Part shown: positions 10,178-20,160 of the stretch, piece by piece
Position numbering within the stretch: position 1 is the stretch's first letter
Layout: each line of letters starts with the position of its first letter
From: Acidobacteriota bacterium
GTDB lineage: Bacteria; Acidobacteriota; UBA6911; RPQK01; CBDFMZ01
NCBI GenBank assembly: GCA_965249865.1
Contig: CBDFMZ010000002.1
Location: 482,845 to 546,844 of the forward strand
Reading direction: 5' to 3'
DNA: 64,000 nucleotides
Program-made: the position numbers and the translations under genes
The notes under the pieces: model-generated
Told to the model about the DNA's origin: nothing
The model's database searches: none
Seen by the model: only the letters and a program-made list of their open reading frames with translations

Positions 10178-10924
10178 TCACAGTCCGCTTGAATCCAGAC
10201 TTTCCGCTTCCTCGGGTGTCTCCAAGTGTATGCCGCATTCCTGCTTAAGACCAAGGAAGCGGGTGTCACGTTCATGGTTGTCGGAGCTGGAAAGGGGTCG
10301 ACTGCAATGCCAGTCACCCACCGTTACGTAGCCCTTCTCGTACAGGGGATGATACGGTAACCTGTGCACCATAAGGTACTGATGGACGTCTTTCGAGGTC
10401 CAGTGAAGAATAGGTAAGAGTTTGTATCGTCCTTCCGCCCGATGGACTCGAGGTAATCTCCCACGGCGATCGGTTTGCTCAGCTCGAAGTCCTGCCAGCC
10501 AGGCATTTGCTTTGAGCTTGTGCAGTGCCCGTTGCATCGGTTCCACCTTGCGTATTTCGTCGTAGCGGTTAAGGGCCGCGACGTTGTCCTGCTCCCAGGG
10601 TTTCCCGTACATTGCCTCCATACGAGCCGGACTCATGGGAGACTGAAACACCTTTAGATTGAGCTTCAGTCTATCGGTTAATTTTTCAGCAAACTGGTAA
10701 GTTGCTGGCAGGAGATAGCCGGTATCAATCCAGATGATGGGAATGTTCGGAATAACACGAGTGACAAGGTGTAGCATGACGGCGGCCTGTATCCCAAAAC
10801 TGGTACTCATGACCAGATGGGCCTCAAAGATTTCGACCGTCCACTCGACAAAACTGTGCGCATCGGCCTTGGCCAGTTGTCGATTGATCCTCTGAATGTC
10901 GGCTTCTAGCTTCTCCAATTCCAT
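10178..10924 (-). CDS. cysH: Phosphoadenylyl-sulfate (PAPS/APS) reductase
   Basis: [37 protein letters not shown]-terminal ECGIH. Confidence 0.9.
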   Translation of the reverse strand: MELEKLEADIQRINRQLAKADAHSFVEWTVEIFEAHLVMSTSFGIQAAVMLHLVTRVIPNIPIIWIDTGYLLPATYQFAEKLTDRLKLNLKVFQSPMSPARMEAMYGKPWEQDNVAALNRYDEIRKVEPMQRALHKLKANAWLAGLRAEQTDRRGRLPRVHRAEGRYKLLPILHWTSKDVHQYLMVHRLPYHPLYEKGYVTVGDWHCSRPLSSSDNHERDTRFLGLKQECGIHLETPEEAESLDSSGL

Positions 10925-11358
10925 TCCCCTTCAAATACCGAACGTATATTTTTACACTAAGTTGATCGAATTAGTAAACTTATATTATAATGGTTTGGTT
11001 AGTACATTACAAACCCTTTTAAAAAAGAACGATGGGATCAGCCGGGTTGACAGACACGATCGTTATTGCAGCCAAGGTGGAGGTTGGTGTCATCTGCCTG
11101 CTGTCTCATCCTTTTTTGATGGGATTAACATGCAACAAAAATGGAGCTGGTGAAGGGGGTTTTGGGCCATCCACAGAGTTCGTCAATCCGGCAAAGCTTG
11201 TGCTGCTTTGACATAGCAAGGAACGCTATCATTGTGAGAGCCATATACGTCAAATAGTGCCTTGAGACGTTGTGCGAAAGACAGGCCGTGGCAATGGCTG
11301 CGAACTGGATCGTTCCCTCTCGAGGCAGAAGGGACGACAGAGCCAGGAGTCGAAAGAA

Positions 11359-11722
11359 TCATTCCAGCACACGCGACCAGAAGAAACCTCCTAGGTTGTC
11401 CTTTTTGTGACGAGAGATGACTTGAATGCAAAGATGTGGCACGAATTGTTCATGGTGACAAAGGATCCCTCAGTCCCTAAACCGGTTTCCATGGCCTGTG
11501 CCAGGAGTTGTGCATTGGTAAAGAGCGGGGCAATCAGATTTGTGGGTAAATCAACCAGGATCTTGTAGTGGTTTTTCAGCACCAGTAAACAGTGTTCCGG
11601 GAAGAGAGGCCGGCGATCAAGGAAGGTAACAGATCAGTGGTCTTAAAACACGCCATAGCGCTTTGCATCTTGCCACCGATGATTCTGCAGAATAGACAGT
11701 CTAAATCCTGCTTAGAAGCCAT
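11359..11722 (-). pseudogene. HIT family nucleotide hydrolase, degraded
   Basis: MASKQDLDCLFCRIIGG / VF*DH*SVTFLDRRPLFPEHCLLVLKNH...GSFVTMNN / VPHLCIQVISRHKKDNLGGFFW; frameshifts, stops and a mutated HxHxH triad. Confidence 0.8.
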
Positions 11723-11751
11723 GTGCCCAATCTGAAATGAGGTACTTTATC

Positions 11752-12960
11752 CTATAAATCTTTCTGGGATTCTTCCGGTAAACTGTTTTTAATCTTTCCC
11801 GTCGATTCCTTGGATAGCTGCTTGATGTAGACGTCCCGTTTGGGAAAGGGAATCTCGATTCTGGCTCTTGTCAGTGCTTGGTAAATGGATATATTGAGGG
11901 AATCCTGTGCCGCACCTCGCTCGATGGGTTTTTCAATCCAGCAAAGCAGTTCAAAGTTGAGCGAAGAATCTCCAAATGCTCGTAAACGCACCTGAGGTTC
12001 GGGTTCCCTGCAGATGTATTCATTGGTTTCCGCAACCTTTTGCAGTACCCTTCGGACCTGGTTGACGTCAGAGCCGTAGGCAACTCCAACGGGAATGCGC
12101 AGGCGGTGCTTCGCGGATGGTCCGCCGCTCTCGTTAATGATCTTGGAGTTGGCAATTGTGGAGTTGGGAATGGTGATCTCGATGTCGTCCCGGGTCAGGA
12201 TCCTGGTGCTCCGAAGGCCGATCTTGGTGACTTGGCCACGTTCACCGTCACCCAGCACGATGAAGTCTCCGATCCGATAAGGCGCGTCGGCCAGAATAAA
12301 AACGCCGGCGAAGAGGTTGGCAAGGGTGTCCTTTGCCGCAAAACCCACCGCGATTCCAATGATTCCGGCCGAAGTGAGCCAACCTGTGGCATCGATCTCC
12401 CAGGCGACGAGGATAAAGTAGACGGCCCCACCGATCAGCATAGTCTTGGCTGCAATTTCAAAAAGCGGCTTGGTAACAGGTTGAATGACTTGGAAACGCT
12501 CAGGGTGCTCAGTCATCGAGGTAATTAGCAAAGTAGCCAACCGCATCCCGAAAACGAGCCAAAGGAGCAGAATCCAGGTCGTGATGAGACCAAAGCCAAC
12601 GTCGTCCAATGGCTCTGGCAATCGGTTAAGCCCCAGTGCCACGGCAACTCCGGATAGCAAAATTGTGTTAAAGATAGGCTTGTGCAGTAAGCTGACAATC
12701 TGATCGTCTATTTCCACACGTGTTCGACGCGTTACCTGCACGAGGCCCCGGGTGAAGGTCCAGTCAGCGATCTTCGCTAACAGAACAGATGCCAATACCA
12801 CCACAATCGGTAGAAGGTAGCGGTTGTTTCCAAGAACGGACAGAATCTCTTGCCAACGCTCGACGGACCATTCGTAGCCCGCGATATTAGGTTGGCTGGC
12901 CTGGGAACTTACAATGAACATCGCTTTTATCCCTCCACTAAGGCAGATTGCCCTTCTCAC
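11752..12960 (-). CDS. MscS family small-conductance mechanosensitive channel (start uncertain)
   Basis: GIAVGFAAKDTLANLFAG, PYRIGDFI, IGLRSTRI, IPNS, FGDSSLNFEL, IEIPFP. Confidence 0.9.
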   Translation of the reverse strand: MRRAICLSGGIKAMFIVSSQASQPNIAGYEWSVERWQEILSVLGNNRYLLPIVVVLASVLLAKIADWTFTRGLVQVTRRTRVEIDDQIVSLLHKPIFNTILLSGVAVALGLNRLPEPLDDVGFGLITTWILLLWLVFGMRLATLLITSMTEHPERFQVIQPVTKPLFEIAAKTMLIGGAVYFILVAWEIDATGWLTSAGIIGIAVGFAAKDTLANLFAGVFILADAPYRIGDFIVLGDGERGQVTKIGLRSTRILTRDDIEITIPNSTIANSKIINESGGPSAKHRLRIPVGVAYGSDVNQVRRVLQKVAETNEYICREPEPQVRLRAFGDSSLNFELLCWIEKPIERGAAQDSLNISIYQALTRARIEIPFPKRDVYIKQLSKESTGKIKNSLPEESQKDL

Positions 12961-13163
12961 CTATGATGCCAATTTATTTCAGCAGATACCACTGTTCCCG
13001 ACAGAGAACGTCCTGATCCCGGGGGCAGGTTCGGAGAAAAGTTTAAGGTGTCGTCCCTGTACTTGTTCCGCGCTTTCCGGTTTCTGCAGGTCGTCGTGTG
13101 GAATTATCCCTGAACTCTTGTTATTGTACTGCTTCGAATCAGAATAAGGAGAAAAGAACTCTT

Positions 13164-14087
13164 ATGGCGCATCGTATCGTCGTAGTGGGTTCGGGTTGTG
13201 CGGGCTCTACAGCAGCCATCTACGCGGCTCGCGCCAATTTGGAACCGCTAGTGCTAGAAGGTCAAGAACCAGGGGGCCAACTGTCCCTTACCACCGCTGT
13301 TGAGAATTTTCCTGGTTTTCCCAAAGGAGTCCAAGGTCCCGAGTTGGTGGACCTGATGAAAAGGCAAGCCGAGCGTTTTGGTGCCCGCTATAAAATGGAA
13401 TTGGTTTGCCAGGCGGATCTCACTCAACGTCCTTTCACTATCAAAACGGAGAACGGGACCTATCATGCGGAAAGCCTGATTATCGCATCCGGTGCATCGG
13501 CAAAATTGCTTGGCTTGGAGTCGGAGCGGCAGCTGATCGGCCACGGCGTCTCGACCTGTGCCACCTGCGACGGCTATTTTTTTCGCGGACAGCAGGTGCT
13601 GGTGGTGGGAGGAGGGGACACCGCCATGGAAGAATCGTTGTTTTTGACCAAGTTTGCAGCCAGGGTTATGGTGGTACACCGCCGAGACCAATTACGCGCC
13701 TCGAAGATTATGACGGACCGAGTGTTCAAGAATCCGAAGATTGATTTTCTCTGGAACACGGTGGTCACCAATATCTTGGATCCTAAGAAAAAAAAGGTAG
13801 AAACTGTCCAGCTCAAGAGTGCCACGGACGGGAAAGAAAAAACCGTCCCGATTGATGGAGTTTTCATTGCCATTGGCCACGAACCCAATACCGGCATCTT
13901 TAAGGGCCAACTAGAAATGGACGAAAACGGTTACATCCTGATTCACGATGGCTCGAAGACCAGTGTCGAAGGGGTTTTTGCTGCAGGTGACGTTCACGAT
14001 CCCATCTACCGTCAGGCGGTTACGGCCTCCGGGGCGGGATGTCGGGCGGCCATGGACGCGGAGAAGTTTCTCGAGGATAAGAATTAG
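13164..14087 (+). CDS. trxB: Thioredoxin-disulfide reductase
   Basis: GGQLSLTTAVENFPGF, CATCDG, GGGDTAMEE, FAAGDV; start set at the ATG after AAGGAG. Confidence 0.95.
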   Translation: MAHRIVVVGSGCAGSTAAIYAARANLEPLVLEGQEPGGQLSLTTAVENFPGFPKGVQGPELVDLMKRQAERFGARYKMELVCQADLTQRPFTIKTENGTYHAESLIIASGASAKLLGLESERQLIGHGVSTCATCDGYFFRGQQVLVVGGGDTAMEESLFLTKFAARVMVVHRRDQLRASKIMTDRVFKNPKIDFLWNTVVTNILDPKKKKVETVQLKSATDGKEKTVPIDGVFIAIGHEPNTGIFKGQLEMDENGYILIHDGSKTSVEGVFAAGDVHDPIYRQAVTASGAGCRAAMDAEKFLEDKN

Positions 14088-14115
14088 AGACAGGATAATT
14101 TGGGTTTAGGACGCC

Positions 14116-14718
14116 TCAAGAATATTTCCTCATGATGCCCACTACCACTCCCTGAATCTTCAATCGATCTTCAGCGACGAAAAGAGGCTGAAACTGTGGA
14201 TTGGCTGGTTGTAGGCGGATTCGTCTTCCGGTGCGGTAGAAGGTCTTCAAGGTCACATTTTCCCCATCCAACAAAGCAATCACCATCTCCCCGTTACGGG
14301 CGTCCTTCCGTTGTTCTAAAATGACATAGTCGCCGTCTTCGATGTGCTGATCGATCATGGAATCCCCTCGCACTCGCAGCACGTAGTTTTTTCCACGGCT
14401 GAGGAAATCATCCGGGACTGAGATCTCCTCGGGGGTGACGATTACTTCGAGGGGTTCTCCCGCGGCCACATAGCCGAGGAGAGGTAAGGTGGTGCGACTG
14501 GAATCTGGGTTCAAGAGCTGGATGGATCGAGTTTGGTTGGCAAGTCGCCGTATAAAGCCGCGCTGTTCAAGGGCCTTCAGGTGCTTGTAGACACCGTTGA
14601 GAGACGCCAGCTTAAAGTGCCGGGCAATTTCCTCCAAAGTCGGTGCATAGCCGTTACGATGTAAGAAGTCTTTAATAAAGCTGAAGATTTCTTTTTGCCT
14701 TTGAGTGAGCGACATCAT
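14116..14718 (-). CDS. lexA: SOS repressor LexA
   Basis: LTQRQKEI HTH, VAAG cleavage site, GDSM catalytic Ser, TLK catalytic Lys. Confidence 0.95.
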   Translation of the reverse strand: MMSLTQRQKEIFSFIKDFLHRNGYAPTLEEIARHFKLASLNGVYKHLKALEQRGFIRRLANQTRSIQLLNPDSSRTTLPLLGYVAAGEPLEVIVTPEEISVPDDFLSRGKNYVLRVRGDSMIDQHIEDGDYVILEQRKDARNGEMVIALLDGENVTLKTFYRTGRRIRLQPANPQFQPLFVAEDRLKIQGVVVGIMRKYS

Positions 14719-14732
14719 TTCCTCCGGAAAGG

Positions 14733-14761
14733 ATTATGGTGAATTAAAGGTGAAATGTAAA
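14733..14761 (-). promoter_or_regulatory. lexA sigma70 promoter with a direct repeat in the spacer (candidate LexA box)
   Basis: Minus strand TTTACA-17nt-CATAAT; the spacer carries TTCACC-TTTAA-TTCACC. Confidence 0.7.
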
Positions 14762-14763
14762 GG

Positions 14764-14798
14764 ATCCTGGTCGTCATCCAGAGGATGACGACCAGGAT
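14764..14798. repeat. Perfect 16-bp inverted repeat
   Basis: ATCCTGGTCGTCATCC-AGA-GGATGACGACCAGGAT. Confidence 0.9.
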
Positions 14799-14924
14799 AA
14801 AATTGTAGAGATTACGAAGAAGTGTTTTTGGGGTTTCCACCTCCCGTAAGGTTTCGTAGCACTACCGGAATCTGCGCTATGGAGAGATTGGTGTGAGGAA
14901 GGGTTGATGGTAGAGTAAAAAGAT

Positions 14925-15197
14925 ATGGTAGAGCCCGAGGAGCGAGCTCACCTAGTTCAAGAAGAGAAGAGAAAGATCCGCTGGTTGCGTTTTCTAGTCG
15001 ACCTTACCATCAGCGTTCTTTATCAGGACTCAAGTTTAAGTCTCAAAGAAGCCAGACAGATGGTGCAAAACACCGAGAAAGCCATTGTGAAAATGTTCCC
15101 GGATAAGCAGCAAACCTTTGATATGCTGCTCCGTCCTCGTTTTGAGCGTATTTTGCAGGAGCGCTGGAGAGAAGGTCTAAACCCCACGGTTCATTGA
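14925..15197 (+). CDS. Hypothetical protein
   Basis: 90-aa ORF co-oriented 13 nt upstream of dtd; FPDKQQTFDMLLRPRFERI segment looks conserved. Confidence 0.7.
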   Translation: MVEPEERAHLVQEEKRKIRWLRFLVDLTISVLYQDSSLSLKEARQMVQNTEKAIVKMFPDKQQTFDMLLRPRFERILQERWREGLNPTVH

Positions 15198-15210
15198 TGA
15201 GGATTCGCCT

Positions 15211-15663
15211 ATGCGAGCTGCTATCCAACGTGTTGAACGGGCCAGTGTGACGGTTCAGGAAGAAATCATCCGTTCAATTGGAAAAGGGCTTCTGGTGCTT
15301 CTGGGTGTTGAAACAGGTGACGGTGAAGACGACTTAGCCTTCCTTAAAAAAAAGATCTTGAATCTACGGATTTTCAACGACAGTCAGTGTCGCATGAATC
15401 TCTCTGTCCGCGAGGTCGAAGGTGAGGTGCTGCTGATTTCTCAGTTCACGCTCTACGGAGACTGTCGAAAGGGAAATCGTCCCAGCTATTCACGGGCGGC
15501 TCCCCCATTGGAAGCACATAGAAGCTATGAGCGGCTGATTGAGGAGATTCGCTCAGAAGGCATAAGCGTGAAGTCTGGAGAGTTTCAGACGATGATGAAG
15601 GTCACTCTGGTCAATGACGGTCCTGTTACGTTGATTGTCGATTCAAGGAGGGGATTTTACTGA
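15211..15663 (+). CDS. dtd: D-aminoacyl-tRNA deacylase
   Basis: MRAAIQRV, LRIF, SQFTL, NDGPVT. Confidence 0.95.
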   Translation: MRAAIQRVERASVTVQEEIIRSIGKGLLVLLGVETGDGEDDLAFLKKKILNLRIFNDSQCRMNLSVREVEGEVLLISQFTLYGDCRKGNRPSYSRAAPPLEAHRSYERLIEEIRSEGISVKSGEFQTMMKVTLVNDGPVTLIVDSRRGFY

Positions 15664-15681
15664 TCATCGATTCCACAAAGA

Positions 15682-15818
15682 GTGGCGGCAGGACAGCCCT
15701 TTTTTCTTGGTTGTTTCTTCTCGACGATGTGCAGTGAAATGGCCAGCAGCGTCGCTTCTTACAATTAGGATCGTCACCGATAGCCACAAACATGAGCGTA
15801 TTGATGAAACGAAACACT
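15682..15818. mobile_element. MITE-like family A partial copy
   Basis: Ends GCCACAAACATGAGCGTATTGATGAAACGAAACACT; internal GACGATGTGCAGT shared with the reverse complement of the 22739-23085 copy. Confidence 0.7.
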
Positions 15819-15829
15819 TAGTGTCAGCC

Positions 15830-17251
15830 ATGGAGCCGTCGTCTTCTTTTGGTTTTCTCTCCCTTATGCCTCCACTGATGGCAATTTTTTTGGCGCTGTT
15901 AACACGCCAGATTCACCTTTCTCTTTTCACTGGTATATATTTTGGTGTCTTGGTCCTGGTCGGATGGAATCCATTTCAGGCATTGGGTGAAACAGGAAAT
16001 GTATTGGTTGAGGTGTTCCAAAGCCGCAGCAACACCATGGTCATTTTCTTCTGTTTACTAGTGGGCGGACTGATCGCTTTAATACAGCGCTCCGGGGGAG
16101 TGGATGGTTTTGTCCTTTGGGTTGAAAAACGGAGGTTTGTCCAGAGCCGAAGCGGGGCACAGTTGTTAGCCTGGATGGTGGGCTTAACTATCTTTGTGGA
16201 ATCGAGCATCACCTGCCTAGTAGTGGGGGCAGTTAGCCGTCCTCTTTTTGATCGTCTGAAAATCTCCCGGGAAAAGCTAGCGTACATTTGTGATGCGACT
16301 TCGGCCCCAGTTTGCATGCTCGTTCCTTTGAATGGATGGGGAGCGATGGTCATCGGCCTGCTGACGGTGCAAAATGTGGCCAATCCGGTCTCAACTCTTT
16401 TGACAAGTTTACCGTTGATGTTTTATCCCATCCTCGCTGTACTGTGGGTTCCTGTGGTGATTTTATGGCGGGATTTTGGACTCATGGCGCGCGCCGAGCG
16501 TCGAGCGATAGTGGAAGGGAAGCTCTTGGCGGATGAGGCCATACCCATGGTCTCTGAGGAGATTGTCAGCTTGAGTCGCAAGGAAGGATTAAACCCGAGC
16601 GCATTGCACCTCTTGTTTCCCATTGTGGTGACGGTGGCTTTCATCCCCGTTGGTTTATACATCACGGGAAACGGAAACCCATTGAAGGGAGATGGGGCAA
16701 CAGCGGTTTTTTGGGGGGTCAGCCTAGCCATTTTAGCCAGTGGAGTTCTGTTACTCATCCAAAAACTTTTCACGGTCGACGAACTTGCAGGTTGGGTTCT
16801 GAAGGGCTCCTCGGGCTTGCTGCCCGTCACGATCTTGGTACTACTGGCTTTCGGCCTTGGCATTGTCAGCGAAAAACTGTCGGCTGGGCCCTATGTGGCT
16901 GGATTAATTACCAGTCAACTCTCTCCTTCTTTGCTTCCTTGCCTGGTTTTTGTGGCAGGGGCTTTGATTTCCTTTTCAACGGGTTCGAGCTGGGGAACCT
17001 TTGCTGTCCTGGTCCCCGTCGCTATTCCTGCAGCGAGTTCTCTCGGGATCCCGCTCCCGCTGGCTATCGGAGCAGTGCTTAGCGGAGGAGTATTCGGTGA
17101 TCATGCTTCGCCGCTTTCAGACACCTCGATTATCTCTTCGTTGTCGGCAGCTTCCGACCACGTCGATCACATCAACACGCAATTGCCTTATGCCCTGATC
17201 GGGGCTCTGACCTCAGCGATTTTCTACCTTTTGTTGGGATGGACCCGTTAG
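15830..17251 (+). CDS. Na+/H+ antiporter NhaC family transporter
   Basis: SREKLAYICDATSAP, SFSTGSSWGTF, GGVFGDHASPLSD, DHINTQLPYA; start set at MEPSS because the upstream extension is repeat-derived. Confidence 0.85.
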   Translation: MEPSSSFGFLSLMPPLMAIFLALLTRQIHLSLFTGIYFGVLVLVGWNPFQALGETGNVLVEVFQSRSNTMVIFFCLLVGGLIALIQRSGGVDGFVLWVEKRRFVQSRSGAQLLAWMVGLTIFVESSITCLVVGAVSRPLFDRLKISREKLAYICDATSAPVCMLVPLNGWGAMVIGLLTVQNVANPVSTLLTSLPLMFYPILAVLWVPVVILWRDFGLMARAERRAIVEGKLLADEAIPMVSEEIVSLSRKEGLNPSALHLLFPIVVTVAFIPVGLYITGNGNPLKGDGATAVFWGVSLAILASGVLLLIQKLFTVDELAGWVLKGSSGLLPVTILVLLAFGLGIVSEKLSAGPYVAGLITSQLSPSLLPCLVFVAGALISFSTGSSWGTFAVLVPVAIPAASSLGIPLPLAIGAVLSGGVFGDHASPLSDTSIISSLSAASDHVDHINTQLPYALIGALTSAIFYLLLGWTR

Positions 17252-17289
17252 CCGGTGGTTACTTTATCATTCGTTGTTGCCGAGCGACA

Positions 17290-17368
17290 GAATCGATTCC
17301 TCGTCTCTTCACGATCTCACCTAGACACAGTCTGAACAAACGTGACCGGATTGATGAAACCTAGAACT
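17290..17368. mobile_element. MITE-like family A partial copy
   Basis: CAAACGTGACCGGATTGATGAAACCTAGAACT terminus plus CTCTTCACGATCTCACC arm. Confidence 0.7.
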
Positions 17369-17373
17369 CAGAT

Positions 17374-18699
17374 TTACTCGAGGATCGCCAGGGTTTTGGA
17401 GATGTCGTTGAAAATCACAATTCCCATGAGCAAGATGAGGAAAATAAAGCCGATATGAAGAATCCGTTCCTTGACACGAAAACTGAGGTCTCGGCCCATC
17501 AGTCCTTCGACTGCCAGCAACGCGATCATCCCTCCATCAAGGACCGGGATGGGCAATAGGTTGAAAATGCCCAACTGTAAGGAAACCATCGCCATTAACC
17601 AAACCAGGTGGATGGGTCCGGCAGAGGCAGCCACGCCTGAATAGCGAGCGATCTCGACAGGTCCGGAGAGCATCTTGATGGAAGCTCGTCCGGTAATGAG
17701 TTTGCCCAAGATGTCAAAGGTTAACGCAGTTAGTTGATAGTTACGCTCGACCGATCTTGCCACCGCTTCGAAGAAACCGTACTTCTCGATGCGAGCGAAA
17801 TTCATCGTAATTCCAATCCGCACCTTATCTCCCATCTGGACGGGACGAATTGTCTTCTCGAAAATCTGAACACCCCTTCGGATTCGAAAGAGCAGGGACT
17901 CCTCTTTGCTGGAAGAGATGAGTACCGGAATGTCAGGAATTCCAAAGGCCGTCTCGTTTCCGCTTTTGACCTGCACAATCTCGTCACCGGCCTGAAGTCC
18001 GGCTTGGAGAGCAGGCGATCTAAGCTCAATGTCACTGATGACATATGGCATAAAGGGAGTCACTCCGATGGCTACCAACCCTTTTTCTCTGGAAAAGGAG
18101 CGAGTTACTTTCTTATATGAGCGTTCACCCTCCCGCTCAATCGTGAGTGTCAGCTCCTGGAGGGAACTTATGGCGAGGGCGATCTCAACATCCTGAACCG
18201 TAGGAGTTTTTTCTCCTTCAATGGCGGTGATCTGGTCGCGGAATTTTAAGCCGGCTCTCTCAGCTGGGGAACCGGGTTCAATTTTTCCAATCACGGCGGG
18301 GGCTTTTAGATAGACCGGTACGGGAATCCCAACGACAAAATTCCCAGCGAGCAGGATAACAGCCAGAGCAATATTCATTATGGGACCGGCTACCGCCACG
18401 GCAAAGCGCTGCAGTTTGGGGCGTGCGAGAAACTCATGGGGACTTCCGGTCAGGTCCTCATCGTAGTTTTCTCCCGCCATTTTTACGTAGCCACCGAGTG
18501 GCAAGATACTAATGCGATAGTCCGTGTCTCCTTTACGGAAACCGAAAAGCCGAAGTCCAAAGCCCAGCGAGAACACTTCCACACGAATCCCCAGGAACTT
18601 AGCCACCAGGTAGTGTCCGAGCTCGTGAATGAAAATCATGATGCCCAACACGAAGAGAAAAGCCAGGACGCTCAGGCCGATGGAATTAACTAGTGCCAC
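17374..18699 (-). CDS. rseP: RIP metalloprotease RseP
   Basis: HELGH, GGYVKMAGE, AGPIMN, two PDZ regions, NLLPIPVLDGG; GTG start after GAGAGGG. Confidence 0.92.
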   Translation of the reverse strand: MALVNSIGLSVLAFLFVLGIMIFIHELGHYLVAKFLGIRVEVFSLGFGLRLFGFRKGDTDYRISILPLGGYVKMAGENYDEDLTGSPHEFLARPKLQRFAVAVAGPIMNIALAVILLAGNFVVGIPVPVYLKAPAVIGKIEPGSPAERAGLKFRDQITAIEGEKTPTVQDVEIALAISSLQELTLTIEREGERSYKKVTRSFSREKGLVAIGVTPFMPYVISDIELRSPALQAGLQAGDEIVQVKSGNETAFGIPDIPVLISSSKEESLLFRIRRGVQIFEKTIRPVQMGDKVRIGITMNFARIEKYGFFEAVARSVERNYQLTALTFDILGKLITGRASIKMLSGPVEIARYSGVAASAGPIHLVWLMAMVSLQLGIFNLLPIPVLDGGMIALLAVEGLMGRDLSFRVKERILHIGFIFLILLMGIVIFNDISKTLAILE

Positions 18700-18990
18700 G
18701 TGAAAAACCCTCTCTTTTAAGCAATTGACCAGGAGCGACTCACAGTCAGGGACTGAGCCGCCAAGCACAGGCTGCCGAGCCCATTCTTCTGCAGTCTATA
18801 GGTGCTTGTCAAATTTTCAGGTTTTAGTGGGATGATCGGTCGAAGAGTAAAAGTTCCTAATTTCGAGTGCTGCGTCTGGGGAGAGATGGATGACAAAAGA
18901 AACTCGGTCCCGAGTTTCCCTTAAAGTTCTTTGGTCGGCGCTCCGTGCAGGAGCATCGCTTGTCGGAGCGGGTTGATCGGTAGTCGATGC

Positions 18991-20148
18991 TTAGCGGTCG
19001 GTCCAAATCTTCGCCGCACTCTCTGCCATTTGGCGCGATCGATGGTTTGCCTCAAGGACGGTTTCCAAGTCGTAAACAGGGGTGGGGGCGTGCTTGTTTA
19101 AAACTTCTTCAATGATTCGTGGGATGGCTGAAAAAGGAATCATCCCTTTTAAGAAGTGTTCCACGGCGACTTCGTTCGCCGCGTTCAGCGAAACGGGATA
19201 AGTTTGCCCTTTTTCCAGCGACTCGTAGGCGAGTCGAATACAGGGGAATCTATCGATGTCCGGCGGGTAAAACTTCAGGGGAGGAAGTGACAGAAAATCG
19301 AGAGTGGGCAAATTGGAAGTCGAGCGTTGTGGATAAAAGAACGCATAAAGTAGACAGGATCTCATGTCGGTAATGCCCATCTGGGCCAGAATCGTTCCGT
19401 CAATGAATTCCACCATGGAATGGATGGTCGATTGAGGGTGAATGACGATAGAAATCTGATCCGAACTGACCCCAAAAAGATGGTGAGCTTCGATCACTTC
19501 CAGTCCTTTGTTCATCAAAGTTGCGGAGTCGATGCTAATCTTGGGTCCCATTCGCCAAGTCGGGTGGTTAAGCGCCTCTTCGACGGTCACATCGTCCAAC
19601 TCTCGTCGGGTGTCGCTGAAGAAAGGTCCGCCCGAAGCGGTCAAGAGCAGCCGGCGGACTTCCTGTTTTTGAGCACCGTGCAGGCATTGCTGAAGTGCAC
19701 TGTGCTCGCTGTCAACCGGCAGTAAGTTCACTTTTTGGGCTTTGACAAGAGACATAATCAATTCGCCCGCCATGACCAAGGTTTCCTTATTGGCTAGGGC
19801 CACATCTTTTTTTTGGAGGATGGCTTGATAGGTGGGCAAGAGTCCAGCAGCCCCCGTGATCCCCGCTGCCACGATGTCCGCCTCTGGGTGAGTAGCCACG
19901 TCAATCACTCCCTCCAGACCAGATAGAACTCGGGTACCGGGAAGATGGTCTCTCACTTCCGCTGCAGACCTTACATCATGCAAAGCGACAAGTTCCGGTT
20001 GGTACTTAAGGGCTTGTTGGCAAATGCGTTCCACCTGGGTGTTGGCGGCCAGGGCCACAACACGGAAGTGATCGGGATAGAGATCAACCAAGCTGAGGAC
20101 GCTCTGTCCAATAGATCCCGTTGATCCGAGAATGGATATCTTTTTCAT
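18991..20148 (-). CDS. dxr: 1-deoxy-D-xylulose-5-phosphate reductoisomerase
   Basis: ILGSTGSIG, LANKETLV, PVDSEHSA, TASGGPF, DSATLMNKGLE. Confidence 0.97.
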   Translation of the reverse strand: MKKISILGSTGSIGQSVLSLVDLYPDHFRVVALAANTQVERICQQALKYQPELVALHDVRSAAEVRDHLPGTRVLSGLEGVIDVATHPEADIVAAGITGAAGLLPTYQAILQKKDVALANKETLVMAGELIMSLVKAQKVNLLPVDSEHSALQQCLHGAQKQEVRRLLLTASGGPFFSDTRRELDDVTVEEALNHPTWRMGPKISIDSATLMNKGLEVIEAHHLFGVSSDQISIVIHPQSTIHSMVEFIDGTILAQMGITDMRSCLLYAFFYPQRSTSNLPTLDFLSLPPLKFYPPDIDRFPCIRLAYESLEKGQTYPVSLNAANEVAVEHFLKGMIPFSAIPRIIEEVLNKHAPTPVYDLETVLEANHRSRQMAESAAKIWTDR

Positions 20149-20160
20149 TCCGATGGAGGG

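Noticed and set aside
15635-15829. 65-aa N-terminal extension of the NhaC ORF, and short ORFs 22750-23010, 40236-40433, 46406-46630, 46695-46964 and 48362-48760
   Set aside because: These largely translate repeat-element DNA and show no protein-family motifs.
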